Position numbers and translations under genes: made by a program. Under the pieces are notes generated by a model. That model did not search any database and was not told the DNA's origin. It worked only from the letters and a program-made list of their open reading frames with translations. Shown here piece by piece: positions 1 through 12,882 of a DNA stretch of 64,000 nt. The DNA is from Octopus vulgaris (taxonomy: Eukaryota), in the NCBI GenBank assembly GCA_951406725.2, contig OX597818.1:116312001-116376000 (forward strand), read 5' to 3'. The stretch's first letter is position 1. Each line of letters begins with the position of its first letter.

Positions 1-59
1 CAACCATAGCAATAGTCTATATTTCTCTCATCAGATGAATTTGTTTTCTACTCTCCTTA

Positions 60-104
<45 letters not shown>

Positions 105-131
105 CAAATATATAAATACAACATATATATG

Positions 132-168
<37 letters not shown>

Positions 169-232
169 TCTGTCCACAAGCAACACTGGACAGATTTAGA
201 ACCGTATCTCATGGCACAACTAAGTTATTGTT

Positions 233-523
233 CTGGAAATAGAGGTAATTCGAATGTGGACTCTAAAAACAGAAACAATTCCTCTCATAGTGGGCGCATT
301 AGCTATGATAAAAAATATTCAGACAAATACATAACAAAAACACCAGGACTAACAAATATATATAACATAGAGAAAATAGCACTACTAGGCACTGCACATA
401 TCCTACGCAAAACACATTCAATACAGTAACCATAAGAGCATCACTACAGATCACAGCTTATACCCTAGGCACATAGAGCTGCGCTCGGTAGTGTAGTGAA
501 AGCACGTTGTAAAATTAAGACTA

Positions 524-526
<3 letters not shown>
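233..526 (+). mobile_element. 3' end of R4/Dong-like RLE non-LTR retrotransposon (5'-truncated, frameshifted)
   Basis: Translates LEIEVIRMWTLKTETIPLIVGALAMIKK/YSDKYITKTPGLTNIYNIEKIALLGTAHILRK, the C-terminal IIVGALG...QKxALLGTAHILR signature of R4/Dong elements. Closely similar to 42281-42712 and runs directly into (AAT)n. Confidence 0.85.
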
Positions 527-613
<87 letters not shown>

Positions 614-686
614 GATAATAATGATAATAATGATAATAATAATAATAATAATAATAACAACAACAATAATAATAATAATGATGATG

Positions 687-753
<67 letters not shown>

Positions 754-755
754 TA

Positions 756-814
<59 letters not shown>

Positions 815-828
815 TAATAATAATAATA
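527..828. repeat. (AAT)n microsatellite with GAT/AAC variants
   Basis: Directly visible. Confidence 0.98.
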
Positions 829-1879
829 GGAGTTATCCTGAGAGCTTTAGCTTGCAAGCAAAAGTTAATCTTGTCAAATGTGTATGCTAATGTGTGATTA
901 TCTGTGTTTATACTTCTCATGAAATATGAATTTTACAATGAAAAACAAAATAAAAAATAAAAGGTGACTTAACTAATTATGTCATATAAAGTAAAATATA
1001 TTTATTTCCCTAAAATACAGTGCGAAATGTGCTGCACAATGTAAAGAGACATGTTTTGTGTTATGTTCGAAGTATTGTGTACAAACTTATCATTTTTATG
1101 AATTTCTTTAATTACATTGGATTTTTCAAATAAATAAATTAATTTTCGTATAATTGAATTATTTTCTCATAAAAACAAAACAGAAAACGTGATAATGAAT
1201 TGAAGGTCTATTTCATTTAATAATTTGGTCTTGTTTTTAAAATTATAATTATATTAAAATTACATTAATTTGTTTAAAAATCTTAATAACATTTTTATAT
1301 TATTTTCGACGTATATGTCTTTCGATCAATCTGATCTGGACAAATATTTTCACTGGAACTATGAACTATTCAAGAGATAAAAACTTACTTGAAATCTTTA
1401 TTTTCGTTTCTCATTTAGTAAGATCTGATATATTTCATGTGTTTTTCAACAACCCACACGGAGGCGGGTTCGTCCTCATTGAAGATGGGTCCTGCTACGT
1501 AATGAAATCAACATCGTCATTCCGGAAGATGGACTGTACATCATGCTTCCTGCTTGATTTTGAATCTTTTTCTTGTAAATTTTCTCGCTTCACATTTAGT
1601 TTTTGGACTCTGGTAAATATCACTAATCATTCAGTTCCTGTCTTGTTACTATCGTCAAAAACGCAGGAGGTACTACTACAGGGAGTGGCATCTGTATCAG
1701 TCAAATTTTCTCAAACCCGCTCTTATTCTTACTGCAGTCTGTCGCTGCTCTTAATGTAATGCCCGTAGCAGAGAGTAGATCCTCTTCCAGATTAATTCCT
1801 GGATATGAGAGCAACTCGACCTCTTCCTATTGAGTTGTCACACACATCGCATTAGGAGCAAAACTTCGTAAATTGCTGT

Positions 1880-2330
1880 AGACAGTTTCCTTTCAACTTT
1901 TCTGAATAGAAAGCCGTTAATTGACTTTTGCTGCCGCATGTGTAGCAGCTGAGCATTCTGTCCTGACTTGCAACTCATAGCATCTTTCTAGGATAGTCTG
2001 ATATAAGGGAAAGACAAGCACAATGCCTCTTTGGCTTTTAGGAGAATGCCATGAGATCAGGGAAAGACAAGCAAAATGCCTCTTTGGCTTTTAGGAGAAT
2101 GTCATGATATAAGGGAAAGGCAAGAAAAATGTCTCTTTGGCTTTTAGGAGAGTTTTAAGAAATCGATTCATGAAGACTTGTATGTCTATGGTGAAACAGC
2201 AAGATTTAGAGGTTACATTGGCCAGCAATGACCTCTACAAATACTGCACCCTGAATGTGAACACTAGCCAAGGATTAATATCGACATAGCTGACCTTGAT
2301 GACAACCGTCATGTTCCTTCGTATACTTTA
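1880..2330 (-). mobile_element. Possible decayed LINE ORF1/gag-like relic with degenerate zinc knuckle
   Basis: Minus strand reads VASQDRMLSCYTCGSKSQLTAFYSEK, resembling the V.VEGR.P.C..CG..GH...C pattern of L1/Tx1 ORF1, but His/Cys are lost and there are many stops. Confidence 0.3.
1999..2151. repeat. Tandem minisatellite, about 53 bp x 3
   Basis: Unit TGATATAAGGGAAAGACAAGCA.AATGCCTCTTTGGCTTTTAGGAGAATG.CA starts at about 1999, 2052 and 2105. Confidence 0.92.
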
Positions 2331-2597
2331 CTGGCAAGTGTGTTAGTGACTGAGCTTGTTCTCTCATCTTGTCTTGAGTTTCTAGACAATCTCAGAAAAT
2401 ACAATATCTAATCCTTTTCCCTGTGAAGATTTAACTCCATATATCACGAATGGTACTTACACTTATTTCCTGACAGGAAAAAAAATAAATGAATAAAAAA
2501 TAAATAAAACATCAAAAAGCTCCAGAAATCTTCCTTGTCGTGATTTGGGTGATAGCTTCTAGCAGCAAGGGACTTATTTTATGAACATAATGTTGCC

Positions 2598-2770
2598 ATT
2601 ATTTACATTATTTACATTATATACATTTGACGGATATTTCCCCAAGACAGCTGATGAAGGCTGGAGGGTATAACTACAAAGAAGATGAGGACAAATATCC
2701 ATCAAATGTAAATAATGTAAATAATGTAAATAATGTACATAATTCCTCATCTCTTAAATATAGAACTGTA
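2598..2770. mobile_element. Penelope-like terminal fragment in inverted arrangement with truncated hammerhead core
   Basis: Arms TTATTTACATTATTTACATT..TTTGACGGATATTT and AAATATCCATCAAATGTAAATAATGTAAATAA are inverted. The spacer holds CTGATGA-AGGCTG but no GAAA half. Confidence 0.6.
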
Positions 2771-2930
2771 TTATAGTGTTGCCATTCACTTTTCCCTCTG
2801 AAATGTTTCACGCCAAAGGTAGTTGTTTTAAATGAAAGTTGGTAAATGTGTTCGAGATACTTTTCTTGAAAAATGTGCGTTCGTGGACTTCAATGCTGCT
2901 GTCAAACGTATAGTCTACAATAATACAGTA

Positions 2931-3292
2931 GAGGCCCAATGGTCCTGTGGTTAGGGCAGCAGACTCGCGGTCGTAGGATCGCGGTCTCGATTTCTAGACC
3001 GGGCGTTGTGAGGGTATATTGAGCGAAAATACCTAAAGCTCCACGAGCTCCGGCAGGGGGTGGTGGAGACCCTGCTGCACTCTTTCACCACAACTTTCTC
3101 TTAATCTTTCTTCCTATTTCGAAAGGCCAGCCTTGTTACACTCTGTGCTACGCTGAATCTCCCTGAGAACTACATTAAGGGTACAGGTATGTGTATGTGG
3201 AGTGCTCGGCCACTTGCACGTTAATTTCACCAGCGGGCTGTTCTGTTGAACGCATCAACTGGAACCCTCGTCGTCGCAACCGACGGAGTGCC
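2931..3292 (+). mobile_element. tRNA-derived SINE, head A + tail T1
   Basis: tRNA-like head GTGGTTAGGGCAGCAGACTCGCGG...GGTCTCGATTTC (A/B-box-like). Homologous to 15547-15914. Tail ends AACTGGAACCCTCGTCGTCGCAACCGACGGAGTGCC. Confidence 0.85.
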
Positions 3293-3309
3293 GCGACAGT
3301 ATTTCAATC

Positions 3310-3500
3310 TTTTGCCGCCCTTTCGATTGGTTTTTAGTCTTATTTCGTCCATCTTTATGTTCTGAATTCAAATTCCGCCGAGGTCGACTTTGCCGTTCTT
3401 CCTTTATGGATCGAAAGAATAAATACCAGTTGTACACTGGGTCGATGTAATTGACTTAAACTTTCCCCAGAAATTACTGGTATTGAGGTAGAATTTGAAA
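3310..3500 (+). mobile_element. SINE family D fragment (Meta-domain-like)
   Basis: TTCTGAATTCAAATTCCGCCGAGGTCGACTTTGCC...ATACCAGTTGTACACTGGGTCGATG matches the reverse complement of the units at 16581-17347. Confidence 0.75.
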
Positions 3501-3789
3501 CTATCTTTTTACTTTCGTTAGCAGGTTTATTTGGCGGTGGTGGTGGGGTCGTGACAATGGTAGAATTGTATTTTCTGTTCAATATTTTATGTGGTGGGAG
3601 GCTGTAATTGATTTCTCAGTGGAAGAAAAATTAAACTGAAAAAAACCCCCAGAAAACCGACCCCCACCCTTATTGTCTTACCTCGTCACAGAGTCAACTT
3701 CCAAATATTTGAATAAGATCCTCGCTCGTACACTTGAGACACAAGAATTTTCGGAGTTAATTCAAGCACGTCAAAATAAGAGAAGAATC

Positions 3790-4270
<481 letters not shown>

Positions 4271-5145
4271 AATCTTTACATCGAAGAACGTACAAGAATA
4301 TCGACGACATCCAACCGTTTGACATTTTAAGCCACACATAACCATGTCTTTAGTAGAATGCATCGTCCACATTCAATATTCCACTGCAGGCAGTTTTCTC
4401 ACTGTGAATATATATTCAGTGAACCCAAAAACCATGTTTATATCGATTATCTACAAATTACCTTAAATGATGCTTTATGTTTCTGCCCTTATAATAAAAT
4501 AGAAAATCACCGTATGTAATGCCGTATAAATAAATTAGTAACCATTTTTCTGCTATCGGAACGCAAAAAAGGATGTTTGAAATAGTTTCTTGACGTTTAC
4601 GCAAAAAGAAAAAAGAAAAAAGAAATACATAGAAAAAAAAACACGAGAAGGAGAAAAACCATTCCACGAACCAATCTTTTATAGAACTTATAATAATATT
4701 ACAGTTTTGTTAAAGCTCATCTTTTCTGTCTTTCTCCGTTCAAATGTCAGTAAGAATGTTTGATATCAAATATCATTTACAACGCTATTGTCCTCATAAA
4801 TGATATTTGTAAGTAGATTGCTTCCATTGTCGGTAGATTTAATAGAAAGTCACTTTAAACTATTTACAGGTCCTCAACACGGCGGTGAGTTGGTGCAATC
4901 GTTAAAGTGGCGAGGAAAATTCTTTGAGGAATTTGATCCGGCACTCTTTGAACTCTCAGTTCAAATTACATTAAACTCGGTTTTGCCTTTCATTCTTTCG
5001 GAGCTCATGTTAGAGCATCAGAGGGAACATCTTGTGACATCTGTTCCTTCTACTTGCGATGTGATTGCAAAACATACGGCTGCCCCAGTCCCACTGGTTT
5101 AGATCTTGGCATCTCCCATGATCAAATTCAGTGGCGTGGTATGAC

Positions 5146-5400
5146 TGGCATTCCGTCGGTTACGACGAAGATGGTTCCATTTGATTCGATCAATGGAAAA
5201 GCCCCCCTGTGAAGTTAACGTGTAAGCGGCTGAGCACTCTACCTACACGCGTAACCTTAAAGTTCCTAAGGAGATTAATCGTGACAAAGAATACAGGTAC
5301 TACTCATTGTTGCCAGCTGAGTGAACTGAGCTAAGTGAAATAAAGTGTCTTGCTCAAGGACTACCACGCCGCCGGGAATTGAATTCAGGACATTACGATT
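5146..5400 (-). mobile_element. SINE head B (5'-truncated) + tail T1
   Basis: Reverse complement matches 48524-48833 (TCCTTGAGCAAGACACTTTATTTCAC...CTCAGCTGGCAA) and the T1 tail. Confidence 0.75.
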
Positions 5401-5549
5401 GTGAAAAATATAAAATATTATAATTTCGATGAAAATCACAGTCTTTGGAAAGTTTGAGGGAAAAGGCTCACAGGATGTGAATATTCATTCAACAAAACAT
5501 CATAAATGGAATATTTTGTTTTGGTTGAAGCCTGTACAATACTTAGTAT

Positions 5550-7008
5550 AAACGGGGAAGCAAAGCAGATGCCAAAAACTATAGGCCTACCTCTCTGACT
5601 TCACACATCAGCAAAGTCATGGAACAGATAGTCAGAGGGAAATTAATCACACTCCTTGAAGAAAACGACTTGTTGAGTGATACTCAGCATGGCTTTCGAC
5701 CAGGTACGAGCTGCCTGACCCAGTCTTACAGTACTACGACTGGGTGTTGATGCAGTTACTCAACAACTTAAATGTGGACATAATATACCTTGACTTTGCA
5801 AAAGCTTTTGATAAAGTGGATCATGGTATGATATGCCACAAACTGCGTGATCTCGGCATAGCTGGAAAACTTGGAGAATGGATATATGAATTTCTGAAAG
5901 ATAGAAGTCAGGCAAAAATGGACAATGGAGCCACCTCAAAGAAAACGCAAATAGTGAGCGATGTTCCACAGGGCACTATCTTAGGACCATTGCTTTTCAT
6001 TGTGGCCCTCTCAGATATGCCCCTCAGCTGCCCGGATAGCCACCCTTGCTACCTATGCAGACGATACGAAAGTCTCGCAGAAAATACAGAACCCCAGCGA
6101 TGTTGCAGACCTGAAGCAGGAGTTGGACACAATTTACAGGTGGGCTGAGGACAATAATTTGCAGCTTAATGCCGAAAAATTCCAAGCCCTGTGCTACCAG
6201 CGTCCAAAACTGAATATAAAGCAAACAGAGTACACTGGTCCACAGGGGATTACACTCCAAGAGCCTAAATTAGTGAGGGACTTATGAATCGACATGAGTG
6301 ATGACATCTCTTTCCAAGTGCACATTACTAGGATGGAGATAAAGTACAGACGACTGGCTGGCTGGATCCTGAAAACATTCAGAACTAGAGAGAAGGAAAC
6401 CATGATGGTCCTCCTGAGGACATTTGTCCTCAGCCGCCTGGATTACTGCTCCCAGCTATGGTCACCCAACAATGTAAAATTAACAGCGGACCTTGAAGCA
6501 ATCCACCGAAGCTTCACAAAAAAGAACCACAGCTAAACTACTGGGAAATGCTGAAACAGCTAAGACTCTACTCCCTGGAGCGAAGGCGGGACAGGTATGC
6601 AGTAATATACATCTGGAAGATCCTGGGAAGAACCGTGCCAAATTTTGGCATTGAAAGCTACACGAATCACAGAACGGGTCGACACTGCACAGTGTCAAAG
6701 ATCCCAGCAATGTCATCGCACTTCAGGACCTATTACTGCAATAGCCTGAGTTTTAGGATCACAGCTTTTTAATATTCTCCCAAAGAGCCTGAGGGACCTA
6801 CACAAAGTGGATGTAGGTGTTTTCAGATCAAAACTGAACATCATTCTGTCGAGAGTCCCAGATGAACCTACCTCCCATGAAGAGGTGCAAATGAGGGTAA
6901 CGACATCAAACGTCCTTATTCACCAAATGCCACATATGAGAGGAGGCTCTCAATAATAACAGGGTAGCAAAACGGTGGTGTCCCAGTATAGCCGGAGCTC
7001 TGAGCTGA

Positions 7009-7011
<3 letters not shown>
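5550..7011 (+). mobile_element. CR1-clade LINE, 5'-truncated, reverse transcriptase pseudogene plus 3' UTR
   Basis: RT motifs NYRPTSLTSHISKVME, QHGFRPG, DIIYLDFAKAFDKVDH, VPQGTILGPLLF, YADDTK, then LSRLDYCSQLWSP and YSLERRRDRY. Multiple frameshifts and stops. Ends in stem-loop GAGCTC-T-GAGCTGAAAC followed by (TA)n. Confidence 0.95.
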
Positions 7012-7056
<45 letters not shown>

Positions 7057-7058
<2 letters not shown>

Positions 7059-7236
7059 ATAAATATTAGGGAATAAATCCAAATTTACAAGGAAAAATCA
7101 GATTTAAGATTGAATCCAATTTTATAATAAAATATTATATTATATCAAATTAGAGACAAAACCACTGTTATGCAAATCAAACAAAGAAAGACTTAAGCCA
7201 ATACATAAAATAATTTATATAAATTAAAATTTAACA
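7057..7236. repeat. Unclassified AT-rich dispersed repeat embedded in (TA)n
   Basis: AAATTAGAGACAAAACCACT...ACTTAAGCCAATACATAA recurs inverted at about 21180-21290; both copies adjoin TA tracts. Confidence 0.7.
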
Positions 7237-7268
<32 letters not shown>

Positions 7269-7533
7269 AACATTATGTATTGATATGAAAATTATGTATT
7301 AATGGAAACCCCCTATTAATGCCTGATAATTGCTGAACATTTTATAAATGTTGTAATTCTTACAACATTTAATAAAATGATGTTGCGTGAAACGATCGTA
7401 CCAAATTACCGAAGTTATTCTTGTTGTTTATTTTGATGATAATCACCCCGTGGATTTATATGGATAACACCATACAAAATTCTGGTGCATCTAACTTAAG
7501 TACCATAACCATTTGAATCTAAATTTTGCTGAA

Positions 7534-7585
<52 letters not shown>

Positions 7586-7681
7586 TATATATATGTATAT
7601 ATATATGTATATATATATATAGATATATATATAGATATATAGATATATATATATACACACACACATATATATATATATACA

Positions 7682-7855
7682 CAGGGTGTTCAAAAAGTCT
7701 GTGAATTTTTGACGAGGGGCCATACATTCAACACTTCTTATAAAGTTTTTTTTAAAATCTTGTAAAGTCTAATATATTCTTTTGTAGTCTTAATACCATC
7801 TTATAAATATTTATTTTGCAGTAAAATACTGCGGAGAGACTTTTTGAAGCCCCTA
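7682..7855. mobile_element. Tc1/mariner-type MITE
   Basis: TIRs CAGGGTGTTCAAAAAGTCT and AGACTTTTTGAAGCCCCT in a TA context; second copy at 33531-33763. Confidence 0.8.
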
Positions 7856-8047
7856 TATATATACATACATATATATTTGTATACGTACATACATGCTTAT
7901 ACACACTTATTTATATATAACATCTTCACCATTCCAATATCCATTCTTGTTAAATATGAATGCTTTCTCCAATGCTATGCAATCTATTGTGTAATTTAAT
8001 ATTAATTATGTTTTACTACCGTTCCGAACATGACTATTGGCAACAAT

Positions 8048-8159
<112 letters not shown>

Positions 8160-8532
8160 TACACGCATATCATCAACGTATTTTCCTCCTATTTGCAAAT
8201 AGATGAAATCTCATTCGTAATCTCGTATATGCGTGTGGTTTTGTTCCTTCTAAGTAATCTTAAATTTCTTACCTTCTAATATGTAGGTTCGTGTCTTGCT
8301 GTCAGCTCCCGCCTATGTATTATTGTCAATAATTTACATGCTTGCATGCGTAAATGTATATGTAGGTGTGTATGCGTGTGCATGCGTATGTGGTGTTGTC
8401 AGTGCGCACGCGTGTCTTTTGTCTGGTGATCTCGCAAGCATTTTCATTATTTCAGTCCTCTTCTTCCTTTCCATTCTTGCCTCAAAACGCTCTTCGTCAT
8501 TCTTAATTTACTTTGCCATTAACTTTCTCTAC

Positions 8533-8945
8533 CATCACCAATCACCACCACCATCACCATCACAACCATGACGACGACGACCACCACCACCACCACCACC
8601 ACGACTGCCACCACCACCAACACCACCACCACCACTGTCACCACCACCAGCGCCACCACCACCACCACATCACCGATCACCCCCCTACGAAAACCAACCA
8701 TCACCACCATCACCACCACCACCACTACCACCTCCACCACCAACACCATCACCAACAACAACACCACCACCACCATCAACACTTCAACCACCACCATCAC
8801 CATCACAACCTCCACCGCCTCCACTATCACCTCCTCCACCACCTCCACCACCACCACCACCACCAATCACCACCACGTCCACCAACCAATACCACCACCA
8901 CCACCACTAACCATCACCACGACCACCATGACCATCACCACCACG
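8533..8945. repeat. Degenerate (CAC)n/(CAT)n trinucleotide repeat
   Basis: Directly visible; source of the poly-H/T/V ORFs. Confidence 0.95.
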
Positions 8946-9381
8946 CATTTTCTCTTTAGTTTCTCACATATAGCTTCACTTCGTTACATTTACACCGCTT
9001 TCACCCGTACTCTCACTTACTACTCTCTTCCCGCCATTATTATTTCTCAATTTATCGTCTCTCGGCCATGTTATTAACCTTCGTAGTCTTACTGTTCGAT
9101 GTACGAGAAACCAAAACGTTGGAGTTTAATTCCTCCTGGCAAACGAACTTACCGTATTTAATTGTTATCTACCAAATTTTAGGCAAATAAATAAATAAAT
9201 ATATATATATACATACATAAACGCACACACACACACACACACATATACATATGTATGTGTGTATACATACGGACATTTGTACATGAACACGTTTATAATC
9301 TGCATACATGCATACATACACACACACGTATATATATATGTATGTATGTATATATATATATATATATATATACATATATAT

Positions 9382-9951
9382 ATTTATATATAGAGGGCAT
9401 TATACATACATGCCAGAGGGCATTATACATACATGCCACACGCTAAGAGGGACAATTAGTCATTTCTACCAAAAATATTACTAATCCCACCGAATGCAAT
9501 TTTTCAAAGTAAGACATTTAAAAAATATAGACCTGTATCACAGTGATTTCATACTTACGTATTCATCAGCAGGCCTGGATGTATCATACATAAACGACCC
9601 TGCCTCGCTTAAGCCGATCAGCTAACTGATCAACATCAACGAAGCACATGGGTGAGTTTACATATATTACATCCGGTAAATGGCAGACTTTTACGAATTG
9701 CATTTCGGGAAAGGAAAAGTTTTTTCGGAATAAAAATTTAGCAATTAAGGACAACTACTTAATAAGGAAAACTTAAGAAATTGTCAGGTAGATAGCGTGA
9801 AAACCTCATAAGAGAAAAAATTTCGAAAATAATTATTTCTTATTGAACATATTAATTTATATATAGAGGGCATTATACATACATGCCAGAGGGCATTATA
9901 CATACATGCCACACGCTAAGAGGGACAATTAGTCATTTCTACCAAAAATAT

Positions 9952-9956
<5 letters not shown>
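9382..9956 (-). mobile_element. Penelope-like/retrozyme-like non-coding element with 102-bp direct terminal repeats
   Basis: 9382-9483 is repeated at 9855-9956. The interval contains a hammerhead motif and both flanks are (TA)n. Confidence 0.75.
9529..9576 (-). ncRNA. Type I hammerhead ribozyme motif (complete core)
   Basis: Minus strand: AGGCCUG CUGAUGA AUAC-GUAA-GUAU GAAA UCAC-U-GUGA UA CAGGUCU. Stems I, II and III all pair; cleavage triplet AUA. Confidence 0.85.
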
Positions 9957-10033
<77 letters not shown>

Positions 10034-10126
10034 ATATATATGTATATATATATATGCGTATGTATATATATATATATATATACATACATGAATATACACA
10101 TATGTGTGTATGTGTGTGTGTTCGTG

Positions 10127-10159
<33 letters not shown>

Positions 10160-12382
10160 TCGTGTGTGCGTGTGTGTATGTGTGTAAATACTTGCATAAA
10201 TGCTGACATAATTACATATATTCCTCTATGCATATATACATACTCACCCTCCGCACGTACGTGCTGCTTCACGTAAATGATATTATTTTGTTTGTCTTAT
10301 TCTCCTGTACGCAAATTTTCTATCAGTTATTCCAGATGGTTACTTTTAGACAATATCAATTTTACAATTGAGCAAATGCTAAATAAAATGATAATTTGTT
10401 TTGTTTTGTTTTTCCAGTTTCAGCTCTACCCTCACAAACATGAGCATTTTTATTGCCAACTATGGTGTATGACGTAAACTCATGTAATGGCATGTTCGAT
10501 AACACAAACTCTCCAACCGCGTGCTGTCGCTGTCTTCATCCGTCGTCATTGTCCACTTGTATTAAAAACTACTCAGCGAGCTCTTTCGTGTTGTCGTTGT
10601 TGATGAAGTGGAGACGTTGCCCAGGAAGGTGACAGTCACCGGCAGAGTCACCCGCAACCCACCAGCACTCGTATAGCCTGAAATGCTGAAATAACCATTT
10701 AATCTTTTTCAGCGAGGACGGAGTAGATGCTTAGACCGAGCGGCAGGCAGTTCTCATTATCGATAGATACTGATTGCCTATGCACCATTATTTACGTGCT
10801 TGTTAAAAGCCTTAATTAAATCGGAAGGGAATGCCTTATCCATTGGATGGAATCAAACTAAAAGCTAAGTTATCTGGACTAAGTTTTCGACAACGAATTT
10901 CCTATGACGAGGAGCAGGGATAAGATTGGCAATTCTAAAGCTAATGCCTACAACTGAAGTGAGCAACTGTGAATTTACTGCGGACTTTGAGTTTATCATC
11001 AGAGCATCGTAAGAGAGACGGCATAGTTCATTACATCGGTCTAAATATTCATATCTATTTTATAGAACTCGAAAAAATTTCGTTTATCGGCCTTGGAATA
11101 GGAACCTGTTTTCCGAACTTATAGAAACATTATTTAATATCGGAAGTTGTTTTGCCATATTCTACCATTCATTTTCATTGTTAAAATATTTACGGCATAT
11201 AACCAGAAATTTGTTCAAAGGATGAAATCGATTCGGTTACTTAGAAATAATTTATTTTACTGACACCAGAAAATCGAAAACCGAAGTCGATCTTGAAGAG
11301 AACGTAACTCGGAGGGAAAAGGGACAGAGTGCAACACCACATGTATGTTGTCCGATAATCAACTGGTTCGGCCATTAAGTTTACTGTATTTAGTTTCAAG
11401 TTGCCTGGCCGACATTGTTTTTGAAATGTCTGATATCGATACAAGAAATACTCGTCTATCAGTAGGAACGATTCGATCAACTACACGCTTCATCAATTCT
11501 AGACCTTGTGTCACAACCACAAATCAATAATGTATCACGTTATTGTTTTGCCAAATTTAGAAGACATTGTTTGTGATGTTTATAGTTTCTGTATAATGGC
11601 GTCATCTTTGTTTCTTTATGGTTTCCAAGGAGTTTCTCAACTATTAATGTATTACAATACAAAGTAACGAACAATGAAAAAGTATAAATAGAAAAAAGAA
11701 GAGGAAACAAATGAGATATCCAGCTATATTCCCTGCCAAATCTAATGGTACCACATATTAACATATGGTTTCCTTTATTTATCGATAATACCAGTGTTGC
11801 ATTTTAATCGTTGTTGCGGAGGAATTATAGCTGAATATTAAACTCAGCAGCGATTTACTGCCGAGAGAGTTTCTAGTACAAAATAATTTTTTTTATTACG
11901 ACGACATTTTGTCGCATAAAACAAGGGTTGAAAATCGCCTATATGCACCAGGATGTAATGACATTAGGAAGGTTTCATGTTTTTTTCTAGATAACATAGT
12001 AATAATATTTTGCCGATAACAAAATATGTTCTGGGAATAGGTCTATATAAAAATATTACACAAATGTGTAGCGATTCACAGAAATTGTTGATAAGTTTTA
12101 AATTTTTTAAGGCATTAAGTTGATGAGAGGTAGGGATTATCCAGTGTATATATTCTTCATATCCTGACAATATGTTTGCCGTACTTTGACTTACTACTAA
12201 CTAATTTTTCAAGTCCAGAGCCATTATGCATTATTATCTACGATCATGTAGATATGCTTTTGGACTCATTAGATTTAAAATCACGTGCATTTCCTTCATC
12301 TAGTCAGATAGACTACATGAAGGAGAATTTAATTGTTGCTGTTTAATCTTTCAGAATATAAATTTATTGCCGTAATCACAAA

Positions 12383-12882
12383 TAAATCCTCGAGTATAGT
12401 CCGCCATTGAGTATAACACGTAGGAGAATTTCAGGGGTCTGTACCTCTGAAAAATAATACGCACCCCATCTCTAACTTGAGTCGGGCGTATTTAAGCCAG
12501 CAGCATCTAGTCGAACAAACACTTCTGCGCATGCGTAATACAATAATGGTGATGTTCTTAACTGTTATATGGGAATGTAAATATGTTTGCAAATTGTTTT
12601 TGTTACATGTTATTCTGTGTTCTGAATACCTTTATTTTAATAAATGTTGCTTACTGCAAGTTATGGGTGATTCTTTTAAGACTTCATTGCTTTCAGGCTT
12701 AGCTTAAGGTATTTTCGCGCTCGTCATCACAAAATGCGTCTGAATAAACTTAGCCAGACAGCAAATAGAGACTCGGACATTGCTTAGAAAATATTTTTCA
12801 TTTTTAACCTCGTATATAGTACGCACTAGGGATTTTGACCTTTAAATTTTTGGGGAAAATGCGGATTATACTCGAGGATTTA
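12383..12882. mobile_element. Non-autonomous Tc1/mariner-superfamily (Tc2/pogo-like) DNA transposon
   Basis: TIRs TAAATCCTCGAGTATAGTCCGC and GCGGATTATACTCGAGGATTTA; no transposase ORF. Confidence 0.75.

Noticed and set aside
1-60. Minus-strand CTGATGA next to (TA)n at the window start
   Set aside because: Any GAAA/stem III half would lie outside the window, so it cannot be evaluated
1361-1759. 132-aa plus-strand ORF
   Set aside because: No recognisable domain; likely antisense to a decayed retroelement region
5550-7011. Active LINE or domesticated RT gene
   Set aside because: 5'-truncated, no endonuclease domain, several frameshifts and stops
8513-9077. Poly-His and mucin-like poly-Thr ORFs
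   Set aside because: A (CAC)n repeat explains all frames
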